DNA of 64,000 bases from Alphaproteobacteria bacterium. GTDB taxonomy: Bacteria > Myxococcota_A > UBA796 > UBA2385. The translations under genes were made by a program, and so were the position numbers. The number at the start of each line of letters is the position of its first letter. Position 1 is the first letter of the stretch. Shown in pieces: positions 59,715 to 64,000 of the stretch. The notes beneath the pieces are model-generated. The model was not told the origin of the DNA. It made no database searches and was given only the letters and a program-made list of their open reading frames with translations. Where the stretch lies: assembly GCA_020632755.1 (NCBI GenBank), contig JACKEY010000006.1:136492-200491 (forward strand). Reading direction: 5' to 3'.

Positions 59715-59882
59715 GGGGACTCCGGGGAGGGGCCGCGCCGGGGGAGGAGGCGCGGGCGGGGAGGAGCCCTCTAATGCAGTCGCCACCGGGCCGGGCGGCG
59801 AATCGCGGCCGGGAGGGGGCGCTTCGTCGATGCGGCCTCGTGACCCCCGCGGAGCGGGCCCCAGGGAACGGGGGGCGGCCGC

Positions 59883-60206
59883 TCAGGCCTCGGCGACCAC
59901 GCCCCGCGCCGCCTGCAGCTGCGCCTCGGTCACCAGGAAGCGCACCGTGCCCTTGCCGGCGTCGCCCTCGACCTCGGCCTCGAACTGCTGGCCGACGAAG
60001 TTCCCGAGCGCCTGCACGTCGCTGCTGGCGCGCAGCACGCCGTGCAGCCCCTCCCAGTCGAAGGCGATCACCGGCTCGTCCTCGAACCAGGCCCGCGCCG
60101 CGAGCTGCACCAGGCCGCGCTGCGCGTCTTCGTCCAGCGCGAGCGGGCAGGCCAGGAAGACGAGCCCCCAGCGCAGCAGCGGGGTCTGGGCGGAGGGCAG
60201 GGACAC
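59883..60206 (-). CDS. Small hypothetical protein (possibly barstar-like immunity fold; weak).
   Basis: 107-aa ORF. Only loose resemblance. Confidence 0.3.
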   Translation of the reverse strand: MSLPSAQTPLLRWGLVFLACPLALDEDAQRGLVQLAARAWFEDEPVIAFDWEGLHGVLRASSDVQALGNFVGQQFEAEVEGDAGKGTVRFLVTEAQLQAARGVVAEA

Positions 60207-60367
60207 GGCATGCTCCAGGCCCCCTCTCTATTCGCGCCCGGGCCCGCGCCCAGGAGATGTTCGCGCTTGCCTCGGCAGGCACGGTGTGCAGGAAGGCGCC
60301 ACGTGGCCGTCCGGACGCATGCGGCGTCGGTGGATCGCCCGCTTCCATCCATGACCTGGAGCCCCCC

Positions 60368-60736
60368 GTGGCCACCCTCGAGCTCACCCTCGAAAACTTC
60401 GAGGACACCGTCGTCAACAACGACATCGTCATCATCGACTTCTGGGCGTCCTGGTGCGGTCCCTGCCGCGCCTTCGCCCCGACCTTCCAGGCCGCCAGCG
60501 AGCAGCACGAGGACATCGTCTTCGCCAAGGTCGACACCGAAGACCAGCAGCAGCTCGCCGCCATGTTCGGCATCCGCTCGATCCCGACCCTGATGGTCTT
60601 CCGCGAGAAGATCGGCATCTTCCAGCAGGCCGGCGCGCTGCCCGCCGCGGCCTTCGAAGACCTGATCGGCAAGATCCGCGAGGTCGACATGGACGACGTG
60701 CGCACGAAGATCGCCGAGCAGCAGGCCGAGGCCTGA
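60368..60736 (+). CDS. trxA: Thioredoxin.
   Basis: WCGPC active site. GTG start. Confidence 0.85.
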   Translation: MATLELTLENFEDTVVNNDIVIIDFWASWCGPCRAFAPTFQAASEQHEDIVFAKVDTEDQQQLAAMFGIRSIPTLMVFREKIGIFQQAGALPAAAFEDLIGKIREVDMDDVRTKIAEQQAEA

Positions 60737-60806
60737 CTGAGCAGAGGGGCCTGAGGCCCGCTGGCTGACGGATGACAGCAGCATGGTGCGGGGCTACCCT
60801 CGCGCC

Positions 60807-61484
60807 ATGCCCAGCCCCTTCTCGTCCGTTGTCTTCGCCCTGGCCCTCGTCACGCCCCGCGCGGACGCCGCCAAGCTCGACGATCTGCTCGCCCCGACGG
60901 GGTGGGAGGTCGCCGGTGACGCCGAACACAAGGTGCTCGGCGACGTAGTCCTCGAGACCAAGGACGTGGCGGGGGTCAAGTGCCTGAAGGGCACGGCCAG
61001 CGTCGACACGAAGCCCGCGACGATGGTCGCCGTGGTCGAAGACGTCGACGGCGCCATGGGCTGGTCGACGGCGGGGCTGATCGCGACCCGCAAGCTGGCC
61101 GACCGCAACGGCACCCTCGAGTACTACCAGCACCTGGGCATCCCCGACTGGACCGGCGCCGCCGACCGGTACTGGGTGCTGCGGTCGCAGACCAGCACCC
61201 GGGCCGACGGGACCAAGGTGTTCACCTGGGACCGGTTCGACTGGCGCGCGGCCTACCCCGACCTCGCGACCGAGCTGGACCGCGACTACCCCAAGGCCAT
61301 CGAGCCCGAGCCGAACTTCGGCGCGTGGGTCTTCGTCCCGCAGGGCGGCGGCGCGCGGCTCGAGTACTACCTGTGCACGGCGTCGGGGAAGATCCCCTAC
61401 TGGCTGCAGAAGGCGGCGGCGACGAAGACCCTGCCGGGGGCCATGGCCGACGTCGTGGTCGAGGCCCGCAAGCGCGGCAACTGA
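60807..61484 (+). CDS. Secreted START/SRPBCC-like lipid-binding domain protein.
   Basis: Signal peptide MPSPFSSVVFALALVTPRADA. START-like pattern. Confidence 0.55.
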   Translation: MPSPFSSVVFALALVTPRADAAKLDDLLAPTGWEVAGDAEHKVLGDVVLETKDVAGVKCLKGTASVDTKPATMVAVVEDVDGAMGWSTAGLIATRKLADRNGTLEYYQHLGIPDWTGAADRYWVLRSQTSTRADGTKVFTWDRFDWRAAYPDLATELDRDYPKAIEPEPNFGAWVFVPQGGGARLEYYLCTASGKIPYWLQKAAATKTLPGAMADVVVEARKRGN

Positions 61485-61561
61485 GCGCGCTCGCAGGGGC
61501 CCGCGCTCGCGCAGGGGAGGGGCCGGCCGGATAGCTGCGCTCGTCCGCTCGCCCGGGAGCA

Positions 61562-62641
61562 GTGTCGATGAGCGACGGCGGCATCCCCCGCGCCCTGGTG
61601 GCCATCCTGGCCGCAGCCGGCGTGGTGGTCATCATCGGCGGCCTGCGCGACGCCGCGGATCTGATCATCCCGCTGGTGTTCAGCGGCTTCCTGAGCGTGC
61701 TGGTCTGGCCGGTGGTGCGGGTGCTCGTCGACCGCGGGCTGCCGCGGCTTCTGGCCATCCTGCTGGTGCTGACGCTGGTCACCGGGCTGCTGCTGGGCGG
61801 CACGGCGGTGATCGGCGACTCCGTGGCCCGGTTCACCGCGGGCATCCCCGAGTACCAGGCGCCCCTCGAAGAGCGCCTGGCAGAGTTCGAGGCGGTGCTG
61901 TCCGCCCGGGCCGGCGAGCGCGTGAGCGTCGAGCTGGGCAGCCTGCTGGATCCGGGGAGCATCTTCCAGGCCGTGCGCTCCGGCGCGGGGGCGGTGGCCA
62001 GCCTGGTCAGCAACGTGCTGCTCATCGTCATCGCGACCGGCTTCATCCTGCTCGAGGCGACCGAGCTGTCGACCAAGCTCAAGGTCGTGTTCGGTGGCCA
62101 CGCCACCTGGCTCGAAGACGCCGCCCACCGCGTGCAGCGCTACCTGGCGCTGAAGACCGTCATCAGCTTCGCGACGGGGCTCATCCTGACGGGGCTGACG
62201 GCGGCCCTCGGGCTGGACTTCCCGGTGCTGTGGGGCATCCTGGCCTTCGTCCTGAACTTCGTGCCGGCCATCGGCTCGATCATCGCGTCGGTGCCGCCGA
62301 CCCTGGTCGCGCTGGTCGCCATCGGACCCGGCCGCGCGTTGGCCGTGCTGGCCGTGTACTTCGCGGTGAACTTCGCCCTGGGCAACGTGCTCGAGCCGCG
62401 GATCATGGGCCGCCGGCTGGGGCTGTCGCCCTTCGTCGTGATCCTGTCCCTGGTGTTCTGGGGCTACGTCTGGGGCCCGCCCGGCATGCTGGTCGGCGTG
62501 CCGATGACGGTCATCGTCAAGCTGGTGCTGGAGAGCAGCCCGACCACGCGCTGGGTGGCGGTGCTGCTCGGCGATGCGGACGAAGCGCCGGTGCTGGCGG
62601 GCGAGGGGCTCGAGGGCCGCGAGGAGACCCCGGCCGACTGA
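61562..62641 (+). CDS. AI-2E family transporter (PerM/TqsA-like).
   Basis: Eight hydrophobic segments. Conserved AI-2E core (FVPAIGSIIASVPPTLVAL...GNVLEP). Confidence 0.8.
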   Translation: MSMSDGGIPRALVAILAAAGVVVIIGGLRDAADLIIPLVFSGFLSVLVWPVVRVLVDRGLPRLLAILLVLTLVTGLLLGGTAVIGDSVARFTAGIPEYQAPLEERLAEFEAVLSARAGERVSVELGSLLDPGSIFQAVRSGAGAVASLVSNVLLIVIATGFILLEATELSTKLKVVFGGHATWLEDAAHRVQRYLALKTVISFATGLILTGLTAALGLDFPVLWGILAFVLNFVPAIGSIIASVPPTLVALVAIGPGRALAVLAVYFAVNFALGNVLEPRIMGRRLGLSPFVVILSLVFWGYVWGPPGMLVGVPMTVIVKLVLESSPTTRWVAVLLGDADEAPVLAGEGLEGREETPAD

Positions 62642-62668
62642 CGGCGGACGGGCCCGGGGGAGAGGCGC

Positions 62669-63667
62669 TCAGCGCGAGAGCGGCGCCCGCAGCCACGCGC
62701 TCATCGGCGTGAACACCTCGGCCTGGGCCCGGGGGCCGATGAACAGGTCGGCGTGGGCATACCAGTGCTCTGGTGTGCCGACGTCGAGCTCCTGGACCTG
62801 TTCCTTCGGCAGCACCGCGGCCACCGAGCGGGCGGTCGCCGGCGGCACGATGCCGTCGCGGTTCGCCAGCACCACCAGCACCTCGACGTCGCGGATTCGA
62901 CCGAGCTCGGCGCTGACGTCGATGCCGCCGACGTGCAGGTCGCCCTTCGCCACCCAGCGGGCGATCTGGCGGTTGATGTAGCGGACCGGGTCGTCGACGG
63001 TGTTCACCAGCAGCTCGGGCTGGGACAGGTCGACCTCGCGGGCGTTCATGTAGATCGACAGCAGCGGGGGCAGGTGGCGGGCGATCGGCAGGGCCCGGCG
63101 GGCCATGGCGCGGGTGCCGCGCACGGGCAGCAGGCCGGCCAGCACCGGGCTCTTGAAGGCGACCGCCAGCAGCGGGTGCACGTCCACCCAGCGCAGCGGA
63201 CCGCCCATGGCGACCACCCGCGCCAGCCCGTGCTTCGACGGGCGGCTGGCCAGGTAGGCGTAGACGATGCTCGCGCCCAGGGAGCAGCCGATGACGTCGA
63301 TCCGGTCGTGCTCGCTGGCGGTCTCGGCGCGCACCCGCTGCAGCATCGCGGGCAGGTCCACCATCGACAGCTCGCCCAGGCCGAAGCGCTGCTTGGGTCC
63401 GTCGCGGCGGGCGTCGCCCTGGCCGCGCAGATCGACCGTCCAGACCTCGAAGCCGTCCAGGGCCAGGTGGTCGATCAGGCTGGGCCCGCCGGGGTGGTAG
63501 CCCAGGATCCACGAGTTCATGGCGTAGCCGGGCACCAGGACCAACGGCCGCAGCGAGGGATCCGGGCCCGCGGGGCGCACGTGGCGCCGCAGCGGCAGGA
63601 CCCAGCCCTGGCCGTTGTCGACCGACAGCTCGGTGGTGATCCGGTAGCGGCTGGGGGCCATGCTCAT
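62669..63667 (-). CDS. Alpha/beta-fold hydrolase.
   Basis: GCSLGAS nucleophile elbow (GxSxG). Real start MSMAPSRYRI. The N-terminal 58 aa in the track are shadow. Confidence 0.75.
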   Translation of the reverse strand: MSMAPSRYRITTELSVDNGQGWVLPLRRHVRPAGPDPSLRPLVLVPGYAMNSWILGYHPGGPSLIDHLALDGFEVWTVDLRGQGDARRDGPKQRFGLGELSMVDLPAMLQRVRAETASEHDRIDVIGCSLGASIVYAYLASRPSKHGLARVVAMGGPLRWVDVHPLLAVAFKSPVLAGLLPVRGTRAMARRALPIARHLPPLLSIYMNAREVDLSQPELLVNTVDDPVRYINRQIARWVAKGDLHVGGIDVSAELGRIRDVEVLVVLANRDGIVPPATARSVAAVLPKEQVQELDVGTPEHWYAHADLFIGPRAQAEVFTPMSAWLRAPLSR

Positions 63668-64000
63668 GCGGGCTCCGACAGGAAGGCGATGACGGGGTCG
63701 AAGACCTGCCCGGCGGCGGCCGGCGCCGTCAGCACGTCGACGTGGCCGAAGCCCTGGCCCGCCGCACCGTCGCCGCCGACCTCGATCAGCTGGCTCCGGG
63801 GCAGATCGCCGGCGACGGCGCGCACGCCGCGCACCGGGCACTGGCGGTCCTGGACCGCGGCGACCAGCAGCACGGGCTGTGCGATGCGGTGGGCAGCGTC
63901 GCGCAGCGGCAGGTCGTCGGGGCCCAGCCGGAGTCCGCCGGACGTGAACAGGTCGGCCAGGTCCAGCAGCAGGGCCAGCGGCATGTCCCGAACGGCCCTA
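63664..64000 (-). CDS. Alpha/beta-hydrolase C-terminal fragment (partial; continues beyond the window).
   Basis: Its stop overlaps the downstream start (ATGA). Contains the hydrolase C-terminal His region (GFGHVDVL). Confidence 0.45.
   Translation of the reverse strand, partial: RAVRDMPLALLLDLADLFTSGGLRLGPDDLPLRDAAHRIAQPVLLVAAVQDRQCPVRGVRAVAGDLPRSQLIEVGGDGAAGQGFGHVDVLTAPAAAGQVFDPVIAFLSEPA

Noticed and set aside
57037-60705. 1222-aa ORF suggesting a giant helicase.
   Set aside because: The helicase motifs begin only after the GTG at 59079. The upstream 540 aa are an Arg/Gly/Pro-rich shadow overlapping the GWYWV protein, the small 59883-60206 ORF and the thioredoxin region.

Overview
This is a very GC-rich (~70%+) chromosomal segment that is almost certainly myxobacterial. 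The protein at 9988-11268 ends in a MYXO-CTERM sorting signal (G-G-C + hydrophobic stretch + RRxRR), which is characteristic of Myxococcales. The high GC creates many long shadow ORFs in all six frames. I called only ORFs whose translated sequence has recognisable family motifs, signal peptides or lipoboxes, Shine-Dalgarno sequences, or translational coupling.

Content is mostly housekeeping and metabolism (acyl-CoA dehydrogenase, IDH, GlmS, Pta, dCTP deaminase, UvrD-like helicase, thioredoxin, FeoAB, TsaA, RlmI-like methyltransferase) interleaved with many secreted proteins and lipoproteins. These include a GH31 glycosidase, an S46 dipeptidyl-peptidase, a neutral-ceramidase-like protein, an NlpC/P60-PPC-MYXO-CTERM protein, a SASA esterase, and a DUF1501/DUF1549-1553 module.

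The non-routine items are:
- (a) A beta-class SPPY DNA methyltransferase translationally coupled (ATGA overlap) to a DUF3336-type patatin-like phospholipase, with no restriction endonuclease nearby.
- (b) An array of seven ~45-bp palindromic REP-like hairpins at 47077-47493, directly abutting a HUH/Y1 REP-associated tyrosine transposase (RAYT)-like gene. It is not a CRISPR array.
- (c) A tRNA-like gene at 30951-31027 with canonical D- and T-arms but an anticodon arm that can only fold with a 6-nt loop, plus one acceptor-stem mismatch.
- (d) A cytoplasmic GHSxG hydrolase-like protein overlapping a Cys-rich lipoprotein, next to the REP/RAYT locus.
- (e) A planctomycete-type PSCyt1-like CxxCH lipoprotein convergent with a lipoprotein-DUF1549/1553-DUF1501(Tat) operon.
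- (f) A Fur-box-like AT-rich operator in front of feoAB.

All calls are from sequence reading only. Coordinates derived by hand-indexing (tRNA, repeats, Fur box) may be off by ±1-2 nt.
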